20,593 bases of DNA from Tubiluchus corallicola (lineage: Eukaryota; Animalia; Priapulida): assembly GCA_030141605.1 (NCBI GenBank), contig JAQGDQ010001931.1, positions 1-20,593 on the forward strand, in the 5' to 3' direction. Every line of letters starts with the position of its first letter. Position 1 is the first letter of the stretch. Below the pieces are notes generated by a model. The model worked only from the letters and a program-made list of their open reading frames with translations. It was not told the origin of the DNA and did not search any database. Positions 1-11,473 of this stretch are shown in pieces. The position numbers and the translations under genes are program-made.

Positions 1-212
1 TGACCGTCACCGCACGGCTAATAGAAACTAAAAGGTCATCTATTTGACTTGCACTTGAACAGCGCCAGCGTGGTGTGGACTCTCAATCAGACAAGCTTTG
101 CACACTGAAAAGCCTAACTGCATTTGACACTGTAGTATTTTACTTTTACAAGTCGACAAATTTCACAGTGCTGATTGCATTCTACGGTACGGGAGGCGTA
201 GCTACGCTGGGG

Positions 213-1186
213 TGTTTGGTTTCGGGAATTGGATAGAGCAAGCACAATTCTATCATTTGGTTTCTGGGGTTGGATAGAGCAAGGACAATCCTATTGTTTG
301 GTTTCTGGGGTTGGATAGAGCAAGGACAAATCCATTGTTTGGTGTCTGGGATTGGATAGAGCAAGGACAAATCCATTGTTGGGTTTCTGTGATTGGATAG
401 AGCAAGGACAAATCCATTGTTTGGTTTCTGGGGTTGGATAGAGCAAGACAACCCCATTGTTTGGTTTCTGGGGTTGGATAGAGCAAGACAATCCTATTGT
501 TTGGTGTCTGGTGTTGGATAGAGCAAGGACAAATCCATTGTTGGGTTTCTGTGATTGGATAGAGCAAAGACAATCCCATTGTTTGGTTTCTGGGGTTGGA
601 TAGAGCAAAGGCAATCCCATTGTTTGGTTTCTGGGGTTGGATAGAGCAAGACAACCCCATTGTTTGGTTTCTGGGGTTGCATAGAGCAAGGACAATCCCA
701 TTGTTTGGTTTCTGGGGTTGGATAGAGCAAGGACAATCCCATTGTTTGGTTTCTGGGGTTGGATAGAGCAAGGACAATCCCATTGTTTGGTTTCTGGGGT
801 TGGATAGAGCAAGGACAATCCCATTGTTTGATTTCTGGGGTTGGATAGAGCAAGGACAATCCCATTGTTTCGTTTCTGGGTTTGGATAGAGCAAAGACAA
901 TCCCATTGTTTGGTTTCTGGGGTTGGATAGAGCAAGAACAATCCCATTGTTGGGTTTCTGCGATTGGATAGAGCAAGGACAATCCCATTGTTGGGTTTCT
1001 GCGATTGGATAGAGCAAGGACAATCCCATTGTTTGGTTTCTGCGATTGGATAGAGCAAGGACAATCCCATTGTTTGGTTTCTGGGGTTGGATAGAGCAAG
1101 GACAATCCCATTGTTTGGTTTCTGGGGTTGGATAGAGCAAGGACAATCCCATTGTTGGGTTTCTGCGATTGGATAGAGCAAGGACA
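213..1186. repeat. 41-bp minisatellite, about 24 copies
   Basis: Unit TTGGATAGAGCAAGGACAATCCCATTGTTTGGTTTCTGGGG; GATAGAGCA recurs at 721 and 762. Leftmost copies are most diverged; a TGCGA variant clusters at the right end. Confidence 0.97.
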
Positions 1187-1481
1187 TCTTATTGTCTTTG
1201 ACAGTTGGCCTCTCAGCTCTAGCACAAGATAATTAAGCATTTTTTCGGTAAAAATTTGTTATCACTTTTTTTCTTATTCATCTTGTCATGCCATGTTTTT
1301 GAATTGGAGTCGCAGTAAAGAAAGCTGGTAAAGATCCATGGATCGATACCAGGCTGAGCTTGTATTTTAGCCAGAAGTACGATTGTATGTAGTTTGAATA
1401 GCCAGCCCCGCAGGCCTACACCAAGATTTACCTGTCCAAAAACAAATGCTTCACGTGGGTCAACCTCGATCTGGGTTCGTA

Positions 1482-1541
1482 CACTAACTCACCTATTGGC
1501 TCACTAACTCACGTATTGGTTCACTAACTCACCTATTGGTT
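1482..1541. repeat. 20-bp tandem repeat, 3 copies
   Basis: CACTAACTCACCTATTGGYT x3; the minus strand reads CCAATAG|GTGAGTTAGTGA. Confidence 0.9.
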
Positions 1542-1621
1542 ATTTCGCAAAAAAATGTTTACTCTGAAATTCGTACTACGTAAATATTATCTTTTAACTT
1601 ATTGATTGGATCATCATTTCT

Positions 1622-3049
1622 GGGGTTGCCATGGATATGAAATTTTACATCCATATACATAACAGATTTTACGTGGAAACAGTGGATCTCCAAGAATATA
1701 TCCACGTACGATAAATGTACGATAATCTTTGTACTTTGCAATTGTACCATTGAAATTGTAAGGAAGCCAAGAATATAACGTTTGCAGTTGCTTAAATCAA
1801 AAACATGTTTCTATCAAATGTGGAAGCCATGTACTAGAGAGTAGACAGTTTCAATTAACAATTTCAGTTGAGACACAAAACAAACTTACAACAGTGAAAA
1901 AAACAATCATTGATCGCTTGAGTGACTTTATGAATTACGTCTGTGGATCTATGTGAAAATATCTATGGCTTCCATAGCATGTTCTGACATCCAAAACTGT
2001 ACATTGATATATCCATGGCTGTACTCTTGGATATGATCCATTGATATATCCATGGCTGTACTCTTGGATATGATCCATTGATATATCCATGGCTGTACTC
2101 TTAGATATGATCCATTGATATATCCATGGCTGTACTCTTGGATGTCATCCATTGATATATCCATGGCTGTACTCTTGGATGTCATCCATTGATATATCCA
2201 TGGCTGTACTCTTGGATGTGATCCATAGATATATCCATGGTTGTACTCTTAGATATGATCCATATCCATGGCTGTACTCTTGGATATGATCCATTGATAT
2301 ATCCATGGCTGTACTCTTGGATGTCATCCATTGATATATCCATGGCTGTACTCTTGGATGTGATCCATTGATATATCCATGGCTGTACTCTTGGATGTGA
2401 TCCATTGATATATCCATGGCTGTACTCTTGGATGTGATCCATTGATATATCCATGGCTGTACTCTTGGATATGATCCATTGATATATCCATGGCTGTACT
2501 CTTGGATGTGATCCATTGATATATCCATGGCTGTACTCTTGGATGTGATCCATTGATATATCCATGGCTGTACTCTTGGATGTCATCCATTGATATATCC
2601 ATGGCTGTACTCTTGGATATGATCCATTGATATATCCATGGCTGTGCTCTTGGATATGATCCATTGATATATCCATGGCTGTACTCTTGGATATGATCCA
2701 TTGATATATCCATGGCTGTACTCTTTGATGTGATCCATTGATATATCCATGGCTGTACTCTTGGATGTGATCCATTGATATATCCATGGCTGTACTCTTG
2801 GATATGATCCATTGATATATCCATGGCTGTACTCTTGGATATGATCCATATCCATGGCTGTACTCTTAGATATGATCCATTGGTATATCCATGGCTGTAC
2901 TCTTGGATATGATCCATTGATATATCCATGGCTGTACTCTTGGATGTGATCCATAGATATATCCATGGCTGTACTCTTGGATGTGATCCATTGATATATC
3001 CATGGCTGCACTCTTGGATATGATCCATTGATATATCCATGGCAACCTG
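1622..3049. mobile_element. Non-autonomous TIR element (MITE-like) expanded by an internal 37-bp array
   Basis: Perfect 15-bp inverted repeat: GGTTGCCATGGATAT (1624-1638) and ATATCCATGGCAACC (3033-3047). ATCCAT/ATGGAT-like subterminal motifs lie at both ends. No clear TSD and no transposase. Confidence 0.7.
2002..3043. repeat. 37-bp minisatellite, about 28 copies
   Basis: Unit CATTGATATATCCATGGCTGTACTCTTGGATATGATC (starts at 2002 and 2039); two copies carry a 6-bp deletion (about 2260 and 2848). Confidence 0.97.
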
Positions 3050-3291
3050 TTTAGTTTTCACCCGAGTGTTAAATAACATTGTGGGTCTTGGTTCATTTTT
3101 TTTCCTTTTCCTTGTCACGTACCAGTGTATACTTGATGGGGAAAAATTGATCCGATTCTCATTTCTATCAAAAACCCAGCAGCTGTGTACATAAAAGTGC
3201 ATTTCGTTTCAGTCGCCTAACTGCTTTCTGTGAAAACAAGGAAAATTGAGAAAACGTTTACATTTGACTTGCAACGCCCTCGTGCAATGTT

Positions 3292-3446
3292 TGTGCTGTT
3301 GAAAATTATGTTCGTTTGTGACGTCATCAGCAGTTGGGCTCGCCCGCCGTTGATTAAGTTTTTAATCTATTATTTAATTACCATAAATGATTTTGCAGTA
3401 TTAGTTGTGACGCTCAGGGGTTATTTAAAGTTTAGTTAAACTGTTT
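3292..3446 (+). mobile_element. Internal fragment of the dispersed Kolobok-like family (related to 11663-12197 and 15617-15801)
   Basis: TGTGCTGTTG..ATGTTCGTTTGTGACGTCATCAGCAGTTGGGCTCGCCCGCCGTTGATTAAGTTTTTAATCTATTAT aligns by eye with about 12010-12100 and 15630-15700. Confidence 0.7.
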
Positions 3447-3732
3447 AATGATATAAGGCTAGAAGCCAACCTGTCCTGAAATCAGATTCCACCTGTACAT
3501 TCAATGATACTGTTTATGCATTATTACTATATCATGTGATTGAAGCCACGTAGACGAAATTTTGGCTGTTGAGTTCGCCCAGGTATTCCGCTTTAAGCTA
3601 AGCGGACGTTCTCATGTCATAAAATGATGGTTTAGTAGTAACGGTGCTTGCTTGTAGAAAAGCGATCTGTCTACATGGTTACGACAGAGATGATACTTAC
3701 CTGCTGCTGATTACATTTTCCTGACGCTCACC

Positions 3733-6130
3733 TGATACATAACCTGTTAAAGATAGTACTTACCATTTGTCGATGATATCTGCTGTTGATGATACATAAC
3801 CTGTTAAAGATTGTACTTACCAGTTGTCGATGGTATCTGCTGCTGATGATACATAACCTGTTAACGATTGTACTTACCAGTTGTCGATGATATCTGCTGC
3901 TGATGATACATAATCTGTTAAAGATTGTACTTACCAGTTGTCGATGATATCTGCTGCTGATGATACATAACCTGTTAACGATTGTACTTACCAGTTGTCG
4001 ATGATATCTGCTGCTGATGATACATAACCTGTTAAAGATTGTAATTACCAGTTGTCGATGATATCTGCTGCTGATGATACATAACCTGTTAAAGATTGTA
4101 CTTACCAGTTGTCGATGATATCTGCTGCTGATGATACATAACCTGTTAAAGATTGTACTTACCAGTTGTCGATGATATCTGCTGCTGATGATACATAACC
4201 TGTTAAAGATTGTACTTACCAGTTGTCGATGATATCTGCTGCTGATGACACTTAACCTGTTAAAGATTGTACTTACCAGTTGTCGATGATATCTGCTGCT
4301 GATGATACATAACCTGTTAAAGATTGTACTTACCAGTTGTCGATGATATCTGCTGCTGATGATACTTAACCTGTTAAAGATTGTACTTACCAGTTGTCGA
4401 TGATATCTGCTGCTGATGATACTTACCTGTTAAAGATAGTACTTACCAGTTGTCGATGATATCTGCTGCTGATGATACTTAACCTGTTAAAGATAGTACT
4501 TACCAGTTGTCGATGATATCTGCTGCTGATGATACACAACCTGTTAAAGATTGTGCTTACCAGTTGTCGATGATATCTGCTGCTGATGATACATAACCTG
4601 TTAAAGATAGTACTTACCAGTTGTCGATGATATCTGCTGCTGATGATACTTGACCTGTTAAAGATAGTACTTACCAGTTGTCGATGATATCTGCTGCTGA
4701 TGATACATAACCTGTTAAAGATTGTGCTTACCAGTTGTCGATGATATCTGCTGCTGATGATACATAACCTGTTAACGATTGTACTTACCAGTTGTCGATG
4801 ATATCTGCTGCTGATGATACTTAACCTGTTAAAGATTGTACTTACCAGTTGTCGATGATATCTGCTGCTGATGATACATAACCTGTTAACGATTGTACTT
4901 ACCAGTTGTCGATGATATCTGCTGCTGATGATACATAACCTGTTAAAGATTGTACTTACCAGTTGTCGATGATATCTGCTGCTGATGATACATAACCTGT
5001 TAACGATTGTACTTACCAGTTGTCGATGATATCTGCTGCTGATGATACATAACCTGTTAAAGATTGTAATTACCAGTTGTCGATGATATCTGCTGCTGAT
5101 GATACATAACCTGTTAAAGATTGTACTTACCAGTTGTCGATGATATCTGCTGCTGATGATACATAACCTGTTAAAGATTGTACTTACCAGTTGTCGATGA
5201 TATCTGCTGCTGATGATACATAACCTGTTAAAGATAGTACTTACCAGTTGTCGATGATATCTGCTGCTGATGATACTTAACCTGTTAAAGATTGTACTTA
5301 CCAGTTGTCGATGATATCTGCTGCTGATGATACATAACCTGTTAAAGATAGTACTTGCCAGTTGTCGATGATATCTGCTGCTGATGATACTTAACCTGTT
5401 AAAGATTGTACTTACCAGTTGTCGATGATATCTGCTGCTGATGATACTTACCTGTTAAAGATAGTACTTACCAGTTGTCGATGATATCTGCTGCTGATGA
5501 TACTTAACCTGTTAAAGATAGTACTTACCAGTTGTCGATGATATCTGCTGCTGATGATACACAACCTGTTAAAGATAGTACTTACCAGTTGTCGATGATA
5601 TCTGCTGCTGATGATACATAACCTGTTAAAGATAGTACTTACCATTTGTCGATGATATCTGCTGCTGATGATACTTAACCTGTTAAAGATAGTACTTACC
5701 AGTTGTCGATGATATCTGCTGCTGATGATACATAACCTGTTAAAGATTGTGCTTACCAGTTGTCGATGATATCTGCTGCTGATGATACATAACCTGTTAA
5801 AGATTGTACTTACCAGTTGTCGATGATATCTGCTGCTGATGATACTTAACCTGTTAAAGATAGTACTTACCAGTTGTCGATGATATCTGCTGCTGATGAT
5901 ACACAACCTGTTAAAGATTGTGCTTACCAGTTGTCGATGATATCTGCTGCTGATGATACATAACCTGTTAAAGATAGTACTTACCAGTTGTCGATGATAT
6001 CTGCTGCTGATGATACTTGACCTGTTAAAGATAGTACTTACCAGTTGTCGATGATATCTGCTGCTGATGATACATAACCTGTTAAAGATTGTACTTACCA
6101 GTTGTCGATGATATCTGCTGCTGATGATAC
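3733..6130. repeat. 57-bp minisatellite, about 42 copies
   Basis: Unit GATGATACATAACCTGTTAAAGATTGTACTTACCAGTTGTCGATGATATCTGCTGCT; matches the 19-aa periodicity of ORF 5448-5906. The minus strand carries CTG|GTAAGT in most units. Confidence 0.98.
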
Positions 6131-6416
6131 TGCCGTTGGTACTTCCATGCTGTGGTTACTGGTGATCCTTGCCTCGTGACGAGTGCAAGAGTTCGAATGC
6201 TACTCTACTATGACGTCATATAAGTGGAGGCGAGGACGTCATCGGGAGTCGTCAAAGTTTGGAGACGTCGTTCACGTAATCGGATGCATGAAGAGGTAGT
6301 GTGGCCAACCGTTCCATGGTGCACCACTCCTCGATGAAGCCCACTGGTGAGGAGTCAGAGAGATGGCGGTTAGATGGGAGGCAGGAGAAAAGTCGCTTGG
6401 TGATGCCGAGACGGGA
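6099..6416 (-). other. Candidate exon (318 nt), probably partly UTR
   Basis: Minus strand: branch-like GACTAAC, then GTTTTTCACCAG| acceptor (AG at 6418-6417) and CTG|GTAAGT donor (6098-6093). GC-richer than the flanks. No frame is open throughout; agcATGG at 6148 opens MEVPTAVSSAADIIDN up to the donor. Confidence 0.4.
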
Positions 6417-6580
6417 CTGGTGAAAAACGTTGCGTTAGTCTCGAGTTTTGAGATTAAATTGAGTCATTAAATTGTTGTATTATTTTATTAATTCGGTGGT
6501 TTTTCCCAGCGTTTTAGACTGAGTGTTTGATTCTTTGCCTTAGAATTACACTTAAGTCACGAACTACTCATCTGCAATAG

Positions 6581-7066
6581 CGAAAATTAGACTACATCGT
6601 GACAGTTGTGTTAAAATGTTTACTTTTTACCATTCCAAGGCTTTGGAATGGCATAAATGATGAATTAAAAACTGTTCAGCCATTTCAAAAATTTAAAAAG
6701 AAATACAGAGCAATGATTCTCAACAAGTACAACACTTCCTAATTTCCCACACCTACTGCAGCAGTCATACCATAATCCTGGTACAGATGATGCAAAACAA
6801 AGCACCATTGATAAATCTTTAGAGCTGATGTCAACATAGCGCAATCTATTATCTTTCTTCCTACCATTTCCACTAGCACATCCTTCTACCCTTCCTGTGT
6901 GATCTAACCTTTCTCCTAGTTCTTTTTTTTGTTCACTCATCCATTCTTTTTTATCGGGTTCACATGACAGTGGGCTTATACAAGCCTTTGCTTCTCTAGC
7001 CCACTGCAGTACAATTATTCTTTTATGATAACGATAGCGTATGAAATATAACAATTTAATACAGTA
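6581..7066 (+). mobile_element. 3' remnant of a CR1/L2-type non-LTR retrotransposon (ORF2 C-terminus plus 3' UTR)
   Basis: 6632-6742 translates IPRLWNGINDELKTVQPFQKFKKKYRAMILNKYNTS*, matching the 'LWN.....K......FKK' C-terminal pattern of CR1/L2 ORF2 (recognised from memory). Downstream is a 9-bp stem, CAGTGGGCT (6968-6976) with AGCCCACTG (6998-7006), and an A-rich end. Confidence 0.65.
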
Positions 7067-7124
7067 TGACGTAATAATTTTGATGTCACTGTGTGCTGAA
7101 TGTCATTATATTGTACTGAATGTG

Positions 7125-7163
<39 letters not shown>
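7125..7163. repeat. (AAT)n microsatellite, about 13 units
   Basis: Read directly. Confidence 0.97.
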
Positions 7164-7165
<2 letters not shown>

Positions 7166-7845
7166 AGAAAATTTGATAGTGTATCATCCTGTCTTTCTTT
7201 GAGAAAAAGGGAAAGTTGGTCTCGATTGCCATCTTTGTATTCCAGTTAGAATCAGATAAAATGGCAGTTATCTACGAGAACGTTAGTAGATTGTGCCCTC
7301 TGTTTGGCATCCGTTCTCCCGGGTCCAATTTGCTCCCTTTTCTGGTATTTAGAAGGTTCTGATTGGATTTGGCCTGATCAGCGCAAGTATTCAATTACCC
7401 GGCAGTGAGTTCACAATCTTGATGGAAAATTCCGTAATAAATCAGGTCCAAGGCGTATGAGAGAGAAATGTCATCTCCCGGGGGAGGTTTGACGCAATCC
7501 GAGCGCGAATTCCTCCTTTCCTTTTCATGAAACGCCTCGTTGAGCGCAACTTTCAATCTCTGCTGTAACTCACGCACAGAATTCTCGGTTTTTGATACTT
7601 TTTCATGAAAGCAAAAGTTTACAGTTTGCTCAGCTTGCCGGTTGTTTGCTTTTCATTTCTGAAATTACGGGTTATTGAAAATTGTTGGTTTTGGAAATGT
7701 GTAGCGCCGAGTGTTTGTCAACAAGAGCGTTGATAGATGGCGTTTTCTGCCTGCCAGTTGATCTATTATATTCCGAGAAATGAAGTTTTTTTGCTCTGAA
7801 TTCCAACTAATTGATTCAAGTATCACACTTTATTTCCTTAATCGA

Positions 7846-8055
7846 GGTAACTATTTTCTGCACAGTGATTTGGACAGGATAGAATTGTGGTAACTATTTT
7901 CTGCACAGTGATTTGGACAGGATAGAATTGTGGTAACTACTTTCTGCACAGTGATTTGGACAGGATAGAATTGTAGTAACTACTTTCTGCACAGTGATTT
8001 GAACAGGATAGAATTGTGGTAACTACTTTCTGCACAGTGATTTGAACAGGATAGT
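7846..8055. repeat. 43-bp tandem repeat, about 4.8 copies
   Basis: Unit GGTAACTATTTTCTGCACAGTGATTTGGACAGGATAGAATTGT (starts at 7846 and 7889); begins at a plus-strand GAG|GTAACT. Confidence 0.96.
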
Positions 8056-8104
8056 AGTTGCATTATCTTATAAGAGACAGTTTCTTTTTGAGCTTGCACT
8101 TGCC

Positions 8105-11100
8105 TGCTCTAACAGTTCGATTACGAGATTATGATTGATTACTCTGAGTCTATGATTGACTAGCAGTTTGAGAATATGAATTTATGACTGACTACTCTAA
8201 CAGTTTGATTACGAGATTATGATTGATTACTCGGAGTCTATGATTGACTAGCAGTTTGAGAATATGAATTTATGACTGACTACTCTAACAGTTTGATTTC
8301 GAGATTATGATTGATTACTCGGAGTCTATGATTGACTAGCAGTTTGAGAATATGAATTTATGACTGACTACTCAAACAGTTTGATTACGAGATTATGATT
8401 GATTACTCTGAGTCTATGATTGACTAGCAGTTTGAGAATATGAATTTATGACTGACTACTCTAACAGTTCGATTACGAGATTATGATTGATTACTCTGAG
8501 TCTATGATTGACTAGCAGTTTGAGAATATGAATTTATGACTGACTACTCTAACACTTTGATTACGACATTATGATTGACTGCTCTAACAATAAGGTTATG
8601 AGCTTATGATTGACTGCTCTAACAGTAAGATTACGAGCTCATGATTGACTATTCTAACAATAAGATTATGAGCTTCTGATTGACTATTCTAACAATAAGA
8701 TTACGAGCTTCTGATTGACTATTCTAACAATAAGATTACGAGCTTATGATTGACTATTCTAACAATAAGATTATGAGCTTCTGATTGCCTACTCTAATAG
8801 TTTGATTATGAATATCTGACTGACTACTCTAACAATAAGATTACGAGATTATGATTGACTACTCTGAGCTTTGATCGACTAGCAGTTTGAGAATATGAAT
8901 TTATGACTGACTACTCTAACAGTTTGATTGCAATTTTATCATTGACTGCTCTAACAATAAGATTATGAGCTTATGACTGACTACTCTAACAGTAAGATTA
9001 CGAGCTCATGATTGACTATTCTAACAATAAGATTATGAGCTTCTGATTGACTATTCTAACAATAAGATTACGAGCTTCTGATTGACTATTCTAACAATAA
9101 GATTACGAGCTTATGATTGACTATTCTAACAATAAGATTATGAACTTCTGATTGACTACTCTAACAGTTTGATTACGAATTTCTGACTGACTACTCTAAC
9201 AGTTTGATTACGAGATTATGATTGATTACTCTGAGTCTATGATTGACTAGCAGTTTGAGAATATGAATTTATGACTGACTACTCTAACAGTTTGATTGCA
9301 ATTTTATCATTGACTACTCTAACAATAAGATTATGAGCTTTTGATTGACTACTCTAACAATAAGATTATGAGCTTATGATTGACTACTCTAACAGTTTAA
9401 TTACCAGCTTATGATTGACTACTCTAACAATAAGATTATGAGCTTCTGATTGACTACTCTAATAGTTTGATTATGAATTTCTGACTGACTACTCTAACAA
9501 TAAGATTATGAGCTTATGATTGACTACTCTAACAATAAGATTATGAGCTTATGATTGACTGCTCTAACAATAAGATTATGAGCTTCTGATTGACTACTCT
9601 AACAATAAGATTATGAGCTTATGATTGACTATTCTAACAATAAGATTATGAGCTTATGATTGACTACTCTAACAATAAGATTACGAGCTTCTGATTGGCT
9701 ACTCTAACAATAAGATTATGAGAGCTTCTGATTGACTATTCTAACAATAAGATTATGAGCTTCTGATTGACTATTCTAACAATAAGATTATGAGCTTATG
9801 ATTGACTATTCTAACAATAAGATTACGAGCTTCTGATTGACTACTCTAACAATAAGATTATGAGCTTCTGATTGACTATTCTAACAATAAGATTATGAGC
9901 TTCTGATTGACTACTCTAACAATAAGATTATGAGCTTATGACTGACTACTCTAACAGTAAGATTATGAGCTTCTGATTGACTATTCTAACAATAAGATTA
10001 TGAGCTTATGACTGACTACTCTAACAGTTTGATTGCAATTTTATCATTGACTAGTCTAACAATAAGATTATGAGCTTATGATTGACTATTCTAACAATAA
10101 GATTATGAGCTTCTGATTGACTATTCTAACAATAAGATTATGAGCTTATGATTGACTATTCTAACAATAAGATTATGAGCTTATGATGGACTATTCTAAC
10201 AATAAGATTATGAACTTATGATTGACTGCTCTAACAATAAGATTATGAGCTTCTGATTGACTATTCTAACAATAAGATTATGAGCTTATGATTGACTGCT
10301 CTAACAATAAGATTATGAGCTTCTGATTGCCTACTCTAATAGTTTGATTATGAATATCTGACTGACTACTCTAACAGTTTGATTACGAGATTATGATTGA
10401 TTACTCTGAGTCTTTGATCGACTAGCAGTTTGAGAATATGAATTTATGACTGACTACTCTAACAGTTTGATTGCAATTTTATCATTGACTGCTCTAACAA
10501 TAAGGTTATGAGCTTATGATTGACTGCTCTAACAGTAAGATTACGAGCTCATGATTGACTATTCTAACAATAAGATTATGAGCTTCTGATTGACTATTCT
10601 AACAATAAGATTACGAGCTTATGACTGACTACTCTAACAATAAGATTACAACTTATGATTGACTATTCTAACAATAAGATTATGAGCTCATGATTGACTA
10701 TTCTAACAATAAGATTATGAGCTTCTGATTGACTATTCTAACAATAAGATTACGAGCTTCTGATTGACTATTCTAACAATAAGATTACGAGCTTCTGATT
10801 GACTATTCTAACAATAAGATTATGAGCTTCTGATTGACTATTCTAACAATAAGATTACGAGCTTCTGATTGACTACTCTAACAATAAGATTACGAGCTTC
10901 TGATTGACCACTCTAACAATAAGATTATGAGCTTCTGACTGACTACTTTAACAATAAGATTACGAGCTTCTGACTGACTACTCTAACAATAAGATTATGA
11001 GCTTATGATTGACTACTCTAATAGTTTGATTATGAATTTGTGACTGACTACTCTAATAGTTTAATTACGAGCTTCTGATTGACTACTCTAACAATACGAT

Positions 11101-11447
11101 TATGAGCTTATGATTGACTACTCTAATAGTTTGATTATGAATTTCTGACTGACTACTTTAATAGTTTAATTACGAGCTTCTGATTGACTACTCTAACAAT
11201 AAGATTATGAGCTTATGATTGACTACTCTAACAGTTTGACTATGAATTTTTGACTGACTACTCTAACAGTTTGATCGTGAATTCATGATTCACTACTCTA
11301 GCAATTTGAAAATGAGTTCGTGATTGACTAACAGTTCGAGAATATGAATTAATGACCGACTGCTCTAGCAGTATGATTACAAGCTTATGATTGACAAGTC
11401 TAATCAGACAATTTGAATACAACTTCATGATTGGCTGCTCTAACAGG
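8105..11447. repeat. Complex minisatellite: 35-bp monomer with an 88-bp higher-order variant
   Basis: Monomer TGATTGACTACTCTAACAATAAGATTATGAGCTTA (TGACT at 9521 and 9556). An 88-bp period at 8107/8195/8283 recurs singly near 8825, 9193 and 10368. The array degenerates after about 11230. Confidence 0.96.
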
Positions 11448-11473
11448 TTTTAATTGACTTCTCCGCATTATAG

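Noticed and set aside
182-1240. 248-299 aa ORFs in all three minus frames
   Set aside because: Produced by a stop-free 41-bp unit; the same peptides cycle through all frames.
1949-3202. Repetitive ORFs (MDISMDHIQEYSHGYING..)
   Set aside because: Artefact of the 37-bp unit, which is not a multiple of three.
6665-7054. 129-aa minus-strand ORF
   Set aside because: Antisense to the LINE remnant; no recognisable domain.
7163-7190. Helitron 3' end (minus-strand CTAG|T)
   Set aside because: The upstream hairpin is only a 5-bp AT-rich stem and no 5' end was identified.
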